Positions 47,892 through 58,553 of a stretch of 64,000 nucleotides of DNA are shown one piece after another (positions within the stretch are counted from its first letter, which is position 1; each line of letters starts with the position of its first letter). The stretch comes from an uncultured Alphaproteobacteria bacterium (GTDB lineage Bacteria > Pseudomonadota > Alphaproteobacteria > Reyranellales > Reyranellaceae), in the NCBI GenBank assembly GCA_963797365.1, contig CAWCPC010000007.1:48130-112129 (forward strand), written 5' to 3'. A program made the position numbers and the translations under genes. Below the pieces are notes generated by a model, which saw nothing but the letters and a program-made list of their open reading frames with translations, did no database searches and was not told the origin of the DNA.

Positions 47892-47929
47892 CTTATTATC
47901 TCTTCCGAGGCGCCGTGCGGCGCCGCAGA

Positions 47930-48286
47930 CTACTTGAGGGCGGCCTGGGCCTGTTCGACCAAAGCCTTAAACGCCGCGGGCTCCCGCATCGCGAGATCGG
48001 CCATCACCTTGCGGTCGACCTCGATCCCGGCCTTCAGGACGCCGTTCATGAATTTCGAATAGGTGAGCCCGTGCTCGCGCACCGCGGCGTTGATGCGCTG
48101 GATCCACAGGCCGCGGAAGTTGCGCTTCTTGGTCCGCCGGTCGCGGTAGGCATACTGCATGCCCTTCTCGACTTTCTCGATGCCGACGCGGAACGCCGCC
48201 TTGGCGCGGCCGCGATAGCCCTTGGCGAGCTTCAGGACCTTCTTGTGTCGGGCGTGCGCAGTCACGCCCCGCTTGACGCGTGCCAT
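47930..48286 (-). CDS. rplT: 50S ribosomal protein L20
   Basis: [27 protein letters not shown] is canonical L20. Confidence 0.97.
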   Translation of the reverse strand: MARVKRGVTAHARHKKVLKLAKGYRGRAKAAFRVGIEKVEKGMQYAYRDRRTKKRNFRGLWIQRINAAVREHGLTYSKFMNGVLKAGIEVDRKVMADLAMREPAAFKALVEQAQAALK

Positions 48287-48289
48287 GGC

Positions 48290-48493
48290 CTATCTCTCGT
48301 AGGGAAAGAAGTTGCGCTTGATGATGCGGCTGTCGGATTCCGACACCAGCGTCATGCCGGTCTGCTGGCGCAGGAAGCGGTTGCCCCGCTTGGTCATGCC
48401 ATGGCGCTTGCCGGCGACGCCGTGTTTCACCTTGCCGGACGCCGTGAAGCGGAAGCGCTTCTTCGCCCCGCTCTTGGTCTTCATCTTGGGCAT
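48290..48493 (-). CDS. rpmI: 50S ribosomal protein L35
   Basis: [14 protein letters not shown] is canonical L35. Confidence 0.95.
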   Translation of the reverse strand: MPKMKTKSGAKKRFRFTASGKVKHGVAGKRHGMTKRGNRFLRQQTGMTLVSESDSRIIKRNFFPYER

Positions 48494-48607
48494 TTTCGTT
48501 CCTTTTCAAAGGGTTACGATAGGCGGCCGAGGCAATGCCCTTTGGGCCAGGCCGCCGAAGGAAGGGCGCTTATAGCGGCGGTGCTGTTTGCACGCAAGCA
48601 CGGGGCA

Positions 48608-48718
48608 ACCTCACCCTGAGGAGCGGCCGCAGGCCGCGTCTCGAAGGGTGGGCAAAAAGCACGGTGCTCGTGCCATGCTTCGAGACGGCCGCTGCGCGGC
48701 CTCCTCAGCATGAGGTGT
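48608..48718. repeat. about 110-nt imperfect palindrome (REP-like) in the rpmI/SDR divergent spacer
   Basis: ctgaggagcggccgcaggccgcgtctcgaag (48616-48646) faces cttcgagacggccgctgcgcggcctcctcag (48679-48709). Confidence 0.55.
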
Positions 48719-48734
48719 TCTGAAAGGGGCGGCC

Positions 48735-49493
48735 ATGAAATTGACGGGCAAGGTGGCGCTGGTGACCGGCGCGCAGCAGGGCATAGGGGCCGCCATCGCC
48801 TTGGCGTTCGCGGGCGAGGGCGCCGATGTGGCGATCAATTGGCTCGACGACGAGAAGGCCGCCGAAGCGGTGGCGGGCGGCGTGCGCCAGTACGGCCGGC
48901 GAGCGGCGCTGGTCCGTGCCGACATGGCCAAGCTCCCCGACATCGAGGCGATGGTCGCGGAGACGACGCGACAGCTCGGGCCGCCGGACATCCTGGTCAA
49001 CAATGCAGGAGTATATCCGCGCGTTAAATTCCTCGAGATGCGCGAGAGCGACTGGGACTATGTGCTCGACATCAACCTGAAGGCCGGCTGCTTCGCCACC
49101 ATCGCGGCGGCCAAGGCGCTGATCGCCGCCGGCCGGAAGAGCGGCTCGGTGATCAATCTCTCCTCGCAGTCGGTCCGCGGCGCCGTGCGCGGCGTGCACT
49201 ACAGCGCCAGCAAGGGCGGGGTGGTGTCGATGACCCGCTCCATGGCACTGGAGCTTGCGCCGCACAACATCCGGGTCAATGCCATCGCGCCCGGAACCAC
49301 CGACACGGCCCAGCCGCGCTACGGCAACACCGATGCCGAGCTGATCGAAATGGCGCGGGCCAACATCCCGCTCGGCGGCAAGCTGCTGACGCCCGACCAG
49401 ATCGCGCGCACCGCGGTGTTCCTGGCGTCAGATGATTCAAGCGCTACGACCGGACAGGTCCTGCACGTCAATGGCGGCGCCTATATGGCGTGA
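48735..49493 (+). CDS. SDR-family oxidoreductase
   Basis: TGAQQGIGAAIA cofactor motif, NNAG, and the YSASK catalytic motif. Confidence 0.9.
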   Translation: MKLTGKVALVTGAQQGIGAAIALAFAGEGADVAINWLDDEKAAEAVAGGVRQYGRRAALVRADMAKLPDIEAMVAETTRQLGPPDILVNNAGVYPRVKFLEMRESDWDYVLDINLKAGCFATIAAAKALIAAGRKSGSVINLSSQSVRGAVRGVHYSASKGGVVSMTRSMALELAPHNIRVNAIAPGTTDTAQPRYGNTDAELIEMARANIPLGGKLLTPDQIARTAVFLASDDSSATTGQVLHVNGGAYMA

Positions 49494-49495
49494 GC

Positions 49496-50482
49496 TCAAA
49501 TGCAGGGCGGCGAGCGCGTTCCGGTCTCGATGAAGCCGTAGATGCAGGCGCCGAACTTGCGCCCGAATTTGCCGTCGCCGGCGGCGCCGTGCCCCGAGAA
49601 GCCCTCGGGCTTCGAGATCACGATGGCATCGACTCCGGCGGCGCTAAAGGCGGCCCGTGCATCGTTCATCCTCCCGCCGACGTCGTAGGAGTCGTCGGCG
49701 AAGTTCACCACGACCAGACGTGCGCCAGGCCTGATGCCTTTTACCACCTGCTGCCAGTCGGACCGCGCGCGGGAGACATCGGTCATTTTCTTTACTTCGC
49801 CATGGTGGGCGGCAGAGACCGAGATCACGCCATCCACGGGCGCGCCGCGCATGGTGGCAGCCATCGACACCCAGGCGCCGGCGGATTGTCCCGCGAGGAT
49901 CACGCGGCGATAGCCCATTGCCTTGGCCTTGCGCACCGCATCGACGAGCGACGTCGCGTCGCCCGGCCAGTCACGGATCCATTGGCGATCGAAGCGATAG
50001 AGGTCGTAGCCGTTCATCGTGAAGTTGGCGATCTGGGCCTGGGGCGCTGAAGCCGTGGCGTCCTTGCCCTCCATGTAACCGTGGCTCCAGACGATCAGGC
50101 CAGCGGCGCCCTGCGGCCCGCGATTGTCCCAATAGGGCTCGGGATGTAGGCGGCCGATCTCCGGGAGAAGTGGCGGCGCCGCGGCCTTCCAGTCACGTCC
50201 CTTCAACACTACGTTGTTCACGGCATAGAGTGCGCACTTGCTCTTGCTGCGGTCCTCGCAGGATTTGAGGCCGCTCTCGACGGCGCTGGAGGGATCGACG
50301 CCGGACGAGCCGCTCCAAGCATAGCCCTTGCCATCCGCACCGAGCATGAACACCCGGTGCGGGGCGAGAAGCTGGTAGGCTTCGTAGGAACGCTGGGTGT
50401 CGGCGCTGAGCTGTGCCGCTGCAGGCGACGTGGCGATGACGGCGGCAAGGGCCGCCGCCAGCCAGATCGCCTTCAGTCTCAC
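49496..50482 (-). CDS. secreted alpha/beta-hydrolase-like protein
   Basis: Signal peptide, GQSAG nucleophile elbow. GTG start overlaps the infC stop (GTGA). Confidence 0.65.
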   Translation of the reverse strand: MRLKAIWLAAALAAVIATSPAAAQLSADTQRSYEAYQLLAPHRVFMLGADGKGYAWSGSSGVDPSSAVESGLKSCEDRSKSKCALYAVNNVVLKGRDWKAAAPPLLPEIGRLHPEPYWDNRGPQGAAGLIVWSHGYMEGKDATASAPQAQIANFTMNGYDLYRFDRQWIRDWPGDATSLVDAVRKAKAMGYRRVILAGQSAGAWVSMAATMRGAPVDGVISVSAAHHGEVKKMTDVSRARSDWQQVVKGIRPGARLVVVNFADDSYDVGGRMNDARAAFSAAGVDAIVISKPEGFSGHGAAGDGKFGRKFGACIYGFIETGTRSPPCI

Positions 50483-51015
50483 TTGGGCGCCAGCACCATG
50501 ATCATCTGCCGGCCTTCCATGCGCGGCATCGATTCGATCTTGGTGAGTGGATCCATCTCGGAGCGCACGCGATTGAGCACCTGCAGGCCGAGCTCGGAAT
50601 GAACCATCTCGCGGCCGCGGAAGCGCAAGGTGACCTTCACCTTGTCGCCTTCTTCGATGAACCGCTTCATGGCGCGCATCTTCACTTCGTAATCGTGGCT
50701 GTCGATGTTGGGGCGCATCTTGATCTCTTTGACCTCGATCACCTTCTGGTGCTTGCGCGCCTCGTGCGCCTTCTTCTGCGCCTCGTATTTGAATTTGCCG
50801 TAGTCGGAGATCTTGCAGACCGGCGGGACCGCATTAGGCGAGATCTCGATGAGATCCAGGCTGGCCTCCTCGGCCATCTCCAATGCCTCCCGGGAACTGA
50901 CGACGCCGACCATATCGCCATTTTCGTCGATCAGTCGGACTTGCGGCGCTCTAATCTCGCCGTTGACGCGCGGACCGTCTTTGGTCGGCGCGCTCTGTTG
51001 TGCAGGACGTGCTAT
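50479..51015 (-). CDS. infC: translation initiation factor IF-3, probable non-canonical ATA start
   Basis: IF-3 homology from ..[19 protein letters not shown].. onward. GAGGGAGAAGGA precedes the in-frame ATA at 51013-51015, giving 178 aa. The ORF-track start at 51066 is a TTG 5 nt from the thrS stop. Confidence 0.85.
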   Translation of the reverse strand: MARPAQQSAPTKDGPRVNGEIRAPQVRLIDENGDMVGVVSSREALEMAEEASLDLIEISPNAVPPVCKISDYGKFKYEAQKKAHEARKHQKVIEVKEIKMRPNIDSHDYEVKMRAMKRFIEEGDKVKVTLRFRGREMVHSELGLQVLNRVRSEMDPLTKIESMPRMEGRQMIMVLAPK

Positions 51016-51071
51016 GGCTTCCTTCTCCCTCGTTAAAGCCCGGATGGGCGGAAAACGAGGCCGCAACCTCC

Positions 51072-53012
51072 CTAGAAGGGAGGCCGGGCCTCTGTTGAAA
51101 GTGTAGTGACGGCGGCCCCCAATTCAAGGACCTCCTGCTTGTCAGAACCGAGCCGGCGCACCGCGACCGTCTGGTTTTCCATATCGCGCCGGCCGACCGC
51201 CAGGATCAGCGGCACATGGGCCAGCGAGTGCTCGCGGACCTTGTAGTTGATCTTCTCGTTGCGCAGGTCCGTGTCCACGCGCATGCCGGCAGCCCGCAGT
51301 TTCGCCGCGACCTCGTTGGCATAGCTGTCGGCATCATTGACGATCGTGACCACCACTGCTTGCGTCGGCGCCAGCCAGAGCGGGAAACGTCCGGCATAGT
51401 GCTCGATGAGAACGCCGATCATGCGCTCGAAGCTGCCGAAGATGGCGCGATGCAACATCACCGGGACCTTGCGCGCACCGTCCTCGGCGACATAGCTCGC
51501 GCCCAGCCGCTCGGGCAGCATGAAGTCGACCTGCAACGTGCCACACTGCCAGTCGCGGCCGATCGCGTCGCGCAGGACGAATTCCAGCTTCGGCCCGTAG
51601 AACGCCCCTTCGCCCGGATTGAGCTGCAGCTCGAGGCCGGCCGCTTTGGAGGCAGACTGCAAGGCGCCCTCGGCCTGGTCCCAGACCGCATCCGAGCCGA
51701 TGCGCATCGGCGGGCGATCGGAGAATTTCACGAAATACTCGAAGCCCAGGTCTCGATAGACCTCGCCCAGGAGCTTGCAGAAGCGGATCGTCTCGCTCTC
51801 GATCTGGTCCTCGCTGCAGAAGATGTGGGCGTCGTCCTGGGTGAAGTTGCGAACGCGCAGGATGCCGTGCAGGGCGCCTGACGGTTCGAAGCGATGGCAG
51901 GAGCCCATTTCGGCGATGCGCAGCGGCAGCTCACGGTAGCTGCGCAGTCCCTGATTGAAGATCTGGATGTGGCACGGGCAGTTCATCGGCTTCAGTGCGA
52001 AGACGCGCTTCGTTGGGTCGGCGAAGAACTCGCGCAGGCCTTCCTCGTTCTCGCTGAGATACATGTTCTCGCGGAACTTCTCCCAGTGGCCCGACGCTTC
52101 CCACAGCCGACGGTCGTTGAGCTGTGGCGTTTTCACCTCGACATAGCCGCCGGCCTCGAGTTTGCGCCGCAGGTAGCTCTCGAGCGTGCGCCAGAAGGTC
52201 CAGCCCTTGGGATGCCAGTAGACCATCCCCGCCGAGTCTTCCTGCTGATGGAACAGGCCCATCTCACGGCCGAGCTTTCGATGGTCGCGCTTCTCGGCTT
52301 CCTCTAGCCGATGCAGGTAGGCCTTGAGGTCCTTGTCGGAGAAGAAGACCGTGCCGTAGACGCGCTGCAGCTGGGCGTTCTTGGCATCGCCACGCCAATA
52401 GGCGCCCGACACCTTCGTGAGCTTGAATGCCTTGCCGAGCTTGCCCGTCGAGGGCAGGTGCGGGCCGAGGCACATGTCGAGCCAATCGCCCTGCTTGTAG
52501 ACCGAGATCTCCTCGTCCTTGGGCAGCTCATCGGCCCACTCGGCTTTGAACTTCTCGCCGTGGTCGACGAAGTACTTCTTGATCCTGGCGCGGTCCCACA
52601 CCTCGCGCTCTATGGGCAGGTTGCGGTCGACGATCTCGGCCATGCGCTGCTCGATCTTGGCGAAGTCCTCGGGCGTGAACGGCTCGACACGCACGAAGTC
52701 GTAGTAGAAGCCGTCCTCGGTCGCCGGACCGAACGTGATCTGCGTGCCAGGAAAGAGCTCCTGCACTGCCTGGGCCAGCACGTGCGCCGCATCGTGGCGC
52801 AGGAGCTCGAGCGCTTCCGGGTCGCGCGACGTCACGATGCCGATCTTGGCGTCGTGATCCACGACCGAGCACAGGTCCTTCATCTTGCCGTCGACCTTGA
52901 TGGCCAGTGCCGCTTTGGCGAGGCCGGGGCCGATCGCGGCGGCGATGTCGGCCCCGCTCACTGGCTTGTCGAATTTCCGGACCGACCCGTCCGGTAAGGA
53001 AATATTGATCAT
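51072..53012 (-). CDS. thrS: threonine--tRNA ligase
   Basis: [17 protein letters not shown]-domain start plus class II motifs. ATG at 53010-53012 after AGGTGG. Confidence 0.97.
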   Translation of the reverse strand: MINISLPDGSVRKFDKPVSGADIAAAIGPGLAKAALAIKVDGKMKDLCSVVDHDAKIGIVTSRDPEALELLRHDAAHVLAQAVQELFPGTQITFGPATEDGFYYDFVRVEPFTPEDFAKIEQRMAEIVDRNLPIEREVWDRARIKKYFVDHGEKFKAEWADELPKDEEISVYKQGDWLDMCLGPHLPSTGKLGKAFKLTKVSGAYWRGDAKNAQLQRVYGTVFFSDKDLKAYLHRLEEAEKRDHRKLGREMGLFHQQEDSAGMVYWHPKGWTFWRTLESYLRRKLEAGGYVEVKTPQLNDRRLWEASGHWEKFRENMYLSENEEGLREFFADPTKRVFALKPMNCPCHIQIFNQGLRSYRELPLRIAEMGSCHRFEPSGALHGILRVRNFTQDDAHIFCSEDQIESETIRFCKLLGEVYRDLGFEYFVKFSDRPPMRIGSDAVWDQAEGALQSASKAAGLELQLNPGEGAFYGPKLEFVLRDAIGRDWQCGTLQVDFMLPERLGASYVAEDGARKVPVMLHRAIFGSFERMIGVLIEHYAGRFPLWLAPTQAVVVTIVNDADSYANEVAAKLRAAGMRVDTDLRNEKINYKVREHSLAHVPLILAVGRRDMENQTVAVRRLGSDKQEVLELGAAVTTLSTEARPPF

Positions 53013-53218
53013 GGCAACCACCTGAAAGGAATCCGAACACAGCTCATCGACCGGTGCAGGGCGCCGGTGGACAGAGGCCGGGAAGCGGCACGAGTGTGCG
53101 CGCCCGGCCGAATCAAGTTCGGACGGTGGTCAGTTTCGCGGGAGCGGGGAAAAACATCCGGTCCATGGGCTGGGAGATAGTTGCCGCGATGCCCTGAGTT
53201 AAGCTGGGGTCTTGGCCG

Positions 53219-53680
53219 CTATCGGGTCGCGGTCATGCGGAACGGCAAGGTCGTGCCATCGGGCTGGTAGGAGCCGGTGAGCAGGCCGCCGCCGCGCGCC
53301 TCCAGCCGGAAATGCCCCTTTAAGGGGAAATCGGCATCGGAATCAGGCTGGTCAAAGCGGCCGCTCCAGACGTTCTGATCGTAGCCGGTGGATCCGTGAA
53401 GGACGACGTTGCCTTCCTTGGCGTCCCAATAACCGACAAGGTCGCCGCTCGGGCTGACTCCGATCGTGAGCCTGCCGTGGCACGGACACTTGGAGTCAAA
53501 ATGGCCGTCCCAGGTAAGGCTCCAGTCGCCGAGGAAATCGGCGGCGTTGCCTTGGGGCGGTCCCAGGAAGTTGCCCGACGGTCCGCCGACGTGCGGTGTC
53601 ATGCCGGAAGGCTGCGCGAGTGCTGGCGCACTCAGTCCAAGGGGAAGGAGGGCGACGAGCAGTGAATAGAACTTCGGCAC
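53219..53680 (-). CDS. hypothetical secreted protein
   Basis: GTG start after GGGGAG. Signal peptide ..LSAPALAQ. No recognised domain. Confidence 0.55.
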   Translation of the reverse strand: MPKFYSLLVALLPLGLSAPALAQPSGMTPHVGGPSGNFLGPPQGNAADFLGDWSLTWDGHFDSKCPCHGRLTIGVSPSGDLVGYWDAKEGNVVLHGSTGYDQNVWSGRFDQPDSDADFPLKGHFRLEARGGGLLTGSYQPDGTTLPFRMTATR

Positions 53681-53692
53681 GGTGTGCTCCCC

Positions 53693-54823
53693 TCAATCGG
53701 ACAGTCGTTCGTAGAGCCGAAGCAACTGCTGGTTGGAGTGTGCCAGAGCGAAGCGGCCGCGCACATGTTCTTGTGCGGCGCGGGCAAGCTCGGCGCGCCG
53801 CTCAGCCGAAAGCGACAGCGCCTGGGAGATCGCCTGGGCCAGCGCCGCGGGATCGGCCGCCGGCGCCAACCATCCGGTGACGCCGAGGCGTATGGCTTCG
53901 GCTGCTCCGCCGCCATCCTCGGCCACCACCGGCCGGCCCATCGCCTGCGCCTCCACCAATGTGCGGCTGAAGCCCTGACCGACGCCCCCGGTCGCCACCA
54001 CGACGTCGGCCAGCATGTAGGCCGCCGGCATGTCCTCGACATAGGGTCCGATCTGCACGCGGCCATGCAGTTCGGCGCGTTCGATCGCGTGCTCTAGTTC
54101 TCTCTCGAACGGGGTCGGCGTGCCGTTCGAGCCCAGCAGCAGACAGAAGACGTCGCTGCGCTCCAGCCGCTTGATCGCCTCTATAAGGACCCTCTGGCCG
54201 CCGTCTTCGGTGAAACGTGTGGGATAGAGCACGAGATGACTGCCATCCGGCACCCGCAGTTCACCGGCGAGCCGAATGACCCGGTCAGCGCGCACGATGG
54301 CAGGGTCGAAGCGGTCGAAACTGGTGCCGGGCGAAATGATCTGCAGCCGTTCTCCGAGATCGGGAAAGTGCTTCAAGGCATCGCGCGCGATGTGATCGGA
54401 GACGGCGATCAAGCCGTCGGCGTAGGCCTGGCGTCGCTCGACCAGGCGGTTCATCAGGCCCTTGGTGGCGAACGGCCGATACAAGGTCGCGATCCACTTG
54501 AGTTCGAGCCGGCGCGCGACTTCGCGGGCGACCAACGCGGTGGCAGGCGAGCGCGCCTGGACCACCGTCACGTCGAGGTCACGCAGGCTGGCGGCAAGCC
54601 TGCCGGGCAGCGTGTAGCGCGCCCGCACGGGATGGCCGAACTCCGGCAGTTCGAGATGCGAGGCGCGCAGGCGCAGCAGGTCCGGGACCGTGCTGCCGCC
54701 CGGTGAGGCGACGATGGCCGAGCCGCCGGCAGATATCACCGCCTGGGCCGCGTCGAGCGTTGCGCGCGCCATGCCGCCGCCGGACAGCGAAGGTACGATC
54801 TGAAGGAGTGTGGGAGGAGGCAA
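53693..54823 (-). CDS. glycosyltransferase family 4 (GT-B, group 1)
   Basis: LQIVPSLSGGGMARATLD N-terminus and a C-terminal E(x7)E-type region (..LVEAQAMGRPVVA..). Confidence 0.85.
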   Translation of the reverse strand: MPPPTLLQIVPSLSGGGMARATLDAAQAVISAGGSAIVASPGGSTVPDLLRLRASHLELPEFGHPVRARYTLPGRLAASLRDLDVTVVQARSPATALVAREVARRLELKWIATLYRPFATKGLMNRLVERRQAYADGLIAVSDHIARDALKHFPDLGERLQIISPGTSFDRFDPAIVRADRVIRLAGELRVPDGSHLVLYPTRFTEDGGQRVLIEAIKRLERSDVFCLLLGSNGTPTPFERELEHAIERAELHGRVQIGPYVEDMPAAYMLADVVVATGGVGQGFSRTLVEAQAMGRPVVAEDGGGAAEAIRLGVTGWLAPAADPAALAQAISQALSLSAERRAELARAAQEHVRGRFALAHSNQQLLRLYERLSD

Positions 54824-54861
54824 GTTGGCGGCCGGTTGGTGGATGTGGCAGGTAACACGTC

Positions 54862-55635
54862 ATGAGCGACGAAGGTAGGGTGCAGGGACTGGAGCGTCCC
54901 GACGGCAACACTGTTGCCTATGCAAAGGCGGATGGCCACTCGCCGACCGTTGTGTTCCTGGGCGGCTTCCGCTCGGACATGACCGGGACCAAGGCAGTGG
55001 CGCTCGAAGCCTGGGCGCACAAGAGCGGCCACGCCTATCTCCGCTTCGACTATTTCGGCCATGGCCAGTCGTCCGGCCGTTTCGAGGACGGCACGATCGG
55101 CCGCTGGCTCGACAATTCGCTGGCGGCGATCGATGCGCTGACCACCGGCAAGCTGGTGCTTGTTGGCTCGAGCATGGGCGGCTGGCTGTCGCTCCTGGTG
55201 GCGCGCGCGCGGCCCGAGCGCCTGGCCGGCCTGGTGTTGATCGCCGCGGCGCCCGACTTCACCGAGCGCATGTTGCTGAAGGGCCTGTCGCCTGATGATC
55301 GCGCGACGCTTCAGCGTGACGGCCGACTCGAGCGGCCGTCGCAATATTCTCCTGAGCCGTCGGTCTTCACCTGGAAGCTGATCGAGGAAGGCCGCAATCA
55401 CCTCGTGCTCGACAAGAAGCTCGCGCTGCCTTGTCCGGTGAGGCTGCTGCATGGCCAGAGTGATCCGGACGTGCCGTGGGAATACTCCCTGCAGATCGCC
55501 GGACACCTCGAGGCGCCCGAGGTCATCACCACCTTTGTGAAAGGCGGCGATCACCGCCTCAGCACGCCGGCGGACATTGGGCGGCTGATCTCGACCGTCG
55601 AGGAGTTGGCTGCAGCGACGAGTTTGCGCAAATAG
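54862..55635 (+). CDS. alpha/beta hydrolase
   Basis: GSSMGG nucleophile elbow and a C-terminal GGDH motif. Confidence 0.85.
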   Translation: MSDEGRVQGLERPDGNTVAYAKADGHSPTVVFLGGFRSDMTGTKAVALEAWAHKSGHAYLRFDYFGHGQSSGRFEDGTIGRWLDNSLAAIDALTTGKLVLVGSSMGGWLSLLVARARPERLAGLVLIAAAPDFTERMLLKGLSPDDRATLQRDGRLERPSQYSPEPSVFTWKLIEEGRNHLVLDKKLALPCPVRLLHGQSDPDVPWEYSLQIAGHLEAPEVITTFVKGGDHRLSTPADIGRLISTVEELAAATSLRK

Positions 55636-55720
55636 CGCTGCCCCGCTACCCCCCCGTTCGGCGCTGGAGCATTCCGCACGGCGATGTGGTTCCGCACTTT
55701 CCGCCATTTCCGCTAGTGCG

Positions 55721-56581
55721 CTACCACCCCACCGCGATGGCGCGCAGGCCTTCGCGATAAGTGGGATAGCGCAGCCTGACGCCGAGCTCCTGCTTGATGC
55801 GGTCGTTCTTGGCCCGACGGCTCTCCGCATAAAATGAACGGGCCATATCGCCCATAGTCGGCGCTGCCTGCTCCCAGGGAATCGCCGGCGGCACCGGCAT
55901 GCCGAGAAGCTCACAGGCGTAGGCGACGATGTCCTTGGTAGGCGCCGGCAGGTCGTCGGCCACATTGTAGATGGCGCCGGGCGATGGGCGCGTAATCGCC
56001 GCCAGCACGGTAGCCGCGATGTCGGCAATGTGGATGCGTGAGAAGCATTGGCCAGGTTTGTCGATGCGGCGCGCGCGGCCTTCCTTGACCTGATCGAGGG
56101 CGCTCCGGCCGGGGCCGTAGATTCCGGGCAGCCGAAAGATGTCGACGACTGCACCGGCATCGAGGCCAAGTGCCTGCCAGGCGCGCTCGGCCGCCAGCCG
56201 GGCGATGCTGCGCGGCTGCTGGGGCTGCGTCGGCGCGCTTTCGTCGACCCAGGCGCCGCCGGTGTCACCATAGACTCCGGTGGTCGAGAGATAGCCGAAC
56301 CAGCGGGCGTCATGCAGCAAGCCGGCGCAGCTGTTGAGGACGGGATCGCCTGTCGGCTGCGGCGGCACGCTGCTCAGGACATGTGTCGCCTTGGCAAGCG
56401 CCGCGCCGGGCAGGGGCTTGGTACCGTTGAACAGATGCGCCTCGATGCCCTCAGCGGCCAGGCGCCCGGCCTTGTCGGGCGTCGTGACGCTGCCCGCGAC
56501 CGTCCAGCCGGCGGCCCGTGCCAATCGGGCGATTTCGAGGCCGCTGAATCCGACACCGAAGATGAAAAGACGACCTGTCAT
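55721..56581 (-). CDS. NAD(P)-binding SDR/epimerase-like protein
   Basis: Internal ATG at 56579-56581. LFIFGVGFSGLEIAR Rossmann N-terminus. Confidence 0.75.
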   Translation of the reverse strand: MTGRLFIFGVGFSGLEIARLARAAGWTVAGSVTTPDKAGRLAAEGIEAHLFNGTKPLPGAALAKATHVLSSVPPQPTGDPVLNSCAGLLHDARWFGYLSTTGVYGDTGGAWVDESAPTQPQQPRSIARLAAERAWQALGLDAGAVVDIFRLPGIYGPGRSALDQVKEGRARRIDKPGQCFSRIHIADIAATVLAAITRPSPGAIYNVADDLPAPTKDIVAYACELLGMPVPPAIPWEQAAPTMGDMARSFYAESRRAKNDRIKQELGVRLRYPTYREGLRAIAVGW

Positions 56582-56618
56582 CTTGTCAGGATCGTCGCGA
56601 CGCGGTTCTTTTCCAACC

Positions 56619-57455
56619 ATGTTTTTCGTCCGCAAGGCGCTGCTCATCCTCGCGCTGGTCGCTCCCGTGCCATGCTTGGCGCAGAAGCTCGACCCGCTGG
56701 CGGCCTCGCCCCTGGCGCCAACACCCGACCATTTGCGCCTCTACACCGATTGCATGGCGCTGGCGCGCAAGGAACCGCTCAGGGCGCTTCCGTTGGCGGA
56801 GAAATGGAAAGCTGAGGGCGGCGGACTGGGCGCCCGCCACTGTGTGGCGATCGCCATGTTCGAAGCCGGCAAGCCCGTGCAGGCGGCAAACCAGTTGGAA
56901 GCGATTGCCCGCGACATGGGGCAGGAGCGGCCCGGCCTGCGCGCCGAATTGTGGGCCCAGGCGGGGCAGGCCTGGATCGATGCGGGACAGGCTGAGAATG
57001 CCGCGGCAGCACAAAGCCAGGCGCTTGAGCTGAATTCGCGGGACGCCGACCTCTGGGTCGATCGCGGGCTGAGCTATGCCGCCATGCGCGCCTGGCCGCG
57101 GGCGATCTCGGACTTCGACCATGCGCTCAGCTTGCGGGCCAACAACGTCGAGATCCTGGTGCTGCGCGCCGCTGCCTGGCGCAACGCCGGCGATTCCGCC
57201 AAAGCGCTGGCTGACGCCGATCGCGCGCTCAAGGTCGCGCCAGATCATTCCGAGGCGCTGCTCGAGCGGGCCTTTGCCTTCCTGGCGCGCGGCGACAAGG
57301 CTGGCGCCGACATCACCTTCGCCCGGGTATTGAAGCTCGTGCCGCCCGGCTCGGATGCCGCCAAGCGCGCCGAGGCCGGCTTGCGCGGCGAACAGCCCGG
57401 CGCCGCCAAGCCGCCTGCGGCCAGCGGTCCTGTGAATGAGAAGAAGAAACCGTAG
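56619..57455 (+). CDS. TPR-repeat protein with signal peptide
   Basis: Internal ATG at 56619. MFFVRKALLILALVAPVPCLAQ leader followed by TPR-like repeats. Confidence 0.75.
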   Translation: MFFVRKALLILALVAPVPCLAQKLDPLAASPLAPTPDHLRLYTDCMALARKEPLRALPLAEKWKAEGGGLGARHCVAIAMFEAGKPVQAANQLEAIARDMGQERPGLRAELWAQAGQAWIDAGQAENAAAAQSQALELNSRDADLWVDRGLSYAAMRAWPRAISDFDHALSLRANNVEILVLRAAAWRNAGDSAKALADADRALKVAPDHSEALLERAFAFLARGDKAGADITFARVLKLVPPGSDAAKRAEAGLRGEQPGAAKPPAASGPVNEKKKP

Positions 57456-57468
57456 TATACAAGTGCCA

Positions 57469-58095
57469 ATGCAACGCCTCGCCCTCTCGCTCGCACTCCT
57501 GTTCGTGGCCGCATCGGCCTTTGCCCAGAACCAGGCACCGTCGCCCTTCTATCCTGCGCCGCCGCCCGAGCAGGCGCCCAAGGTCGATCAAGGCGCGCCG
57601 CTCAGCAATCTTTCCTCGCCGCTCGATCTGGATCAGCAGAAGGTCACGCGCACGATCATCGACTCGGACGCCGAAGCGCAGCTCTTCGCTGGCGCCGTCA
57701 GGGTCGTATGGGGCCGTTATGCCAAGATCAAAGGCGCCAAGCCCGGCGAGGTAGCCGTCACCAAGGACGGCGCGCTGTGGCGCGTGAAGGGCCGCATCGA
57801 CAGCGTGGCGCCGGGCACCGAAGGAGACTGGGCGACAATCGACGGCGTGGTCGAGCGGATATCGCCGGGCGCGGTGCAGATCCGCGGCGAGGTCGCCTTC
57901 CGGGTCGCCAAGGTCATGAAGGGCACGCCCTGCAAGGTGGGCGGCTCGCTGCATTTCAAGCGCTCGGGCAAATCCCAGGTCTGGCGGCTTACCGAAGGCG
58001 ACAATCCCTGCGACGGCGCGCAGGAGATGTTCGATCTGGTCTACGAGAAGCCGGTCGAGAAGAAGCCGGTGCCGGCGCAGCCCAAGCGCTCCTAG
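57469..58095 (+). CDS. hypothetical secreted protein
   Basis: Internal ATG at 57469. Signal peptide [20 protein letters not shown]. Confidence 0.55.
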   Translation: MQRLALSLALLFVAASAFAQNQAPSPFYPAPPPEQAPKVDQGAPLSNLSSPLDLDQQKVTRTIIDSDAEAQLFAGAVRVVWGRYAKIKGAKPGEVAVTKDGALWRVKGRIDSVAPGTEGDWATIDGVVERISPGAVQIRGEVAFRVAKVMKGTPCKVGGSLHFKRSGKSQVWRLTEGDNPCDGAQEMFDLVYEKPVEKKPVPAQPKRS

Positions 58096-58553
58096 GACCG
58101 CAACTTTTCTATTTCGCCGCGCGCCAGCTCGTCCGCGCGATCGTTCTCGACATGGCCGCTATGGCCCTTCACCCAACTCCAGTGGATGCGATGCGGCGCG
58201 CCGGCGGCGTCGAGGCGTTGCCACAGCTCGACGTTCTTCACCGGCTTCTTGTCGGCGGTGCGCCAGCCATTCTTCTTCCAGCCGTGGATCCACTTGGTGG
58301 CGCCGTCGAGCACATATCGGCTGTCGGTGTAGAGCCGGACGGTGCAGGGCCGCTTGAGGGCCTCCAGGCCGGAGATGACGGCCATCAGCTCCATGCGGTT
58401 GTTGGTGGTCGCGGGCTCGCTGCCGGAGAGCTCGCGCTCGCGGCCGCCGTCCTTTGCTCCCTTGACCCGCAGGATCGCGCCCCAGCCACCCGGCCCCGGG
58501 TTGCCGCTGCAGGCACCGTCGGTGAAGAGCTCGACCTCGGGCTTGGTGCTCAC
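58092..58553 (-). CDS. rnhA: ribonuclease HI
   Basis: [17 protein letters not shown]...TNNRMEL...YTDS...[14 protein letters not shown] catalytic DEDD pattern. GTG start overlaps the thrB stop. Confidence 0.95.
   Translation of the reverse strand: MSTKPEVELFTDGACSGNPGPGGWGAILRVKGAKDGGRERELSGSEPATTNNRMELMAVISGLEALKRPCTVRLYTDSRYVLDGATKWIHGWKKNGWRTADKKPVKNVELWQRLDAAGAPHRIHWSWVKGHSGHVENDRADELARGEIEKLRS

Noticed and set aside
46799-48619. 606-aa plus-strand ORF
   Set aside because: Antisense to pheS, rplT and rpmI.
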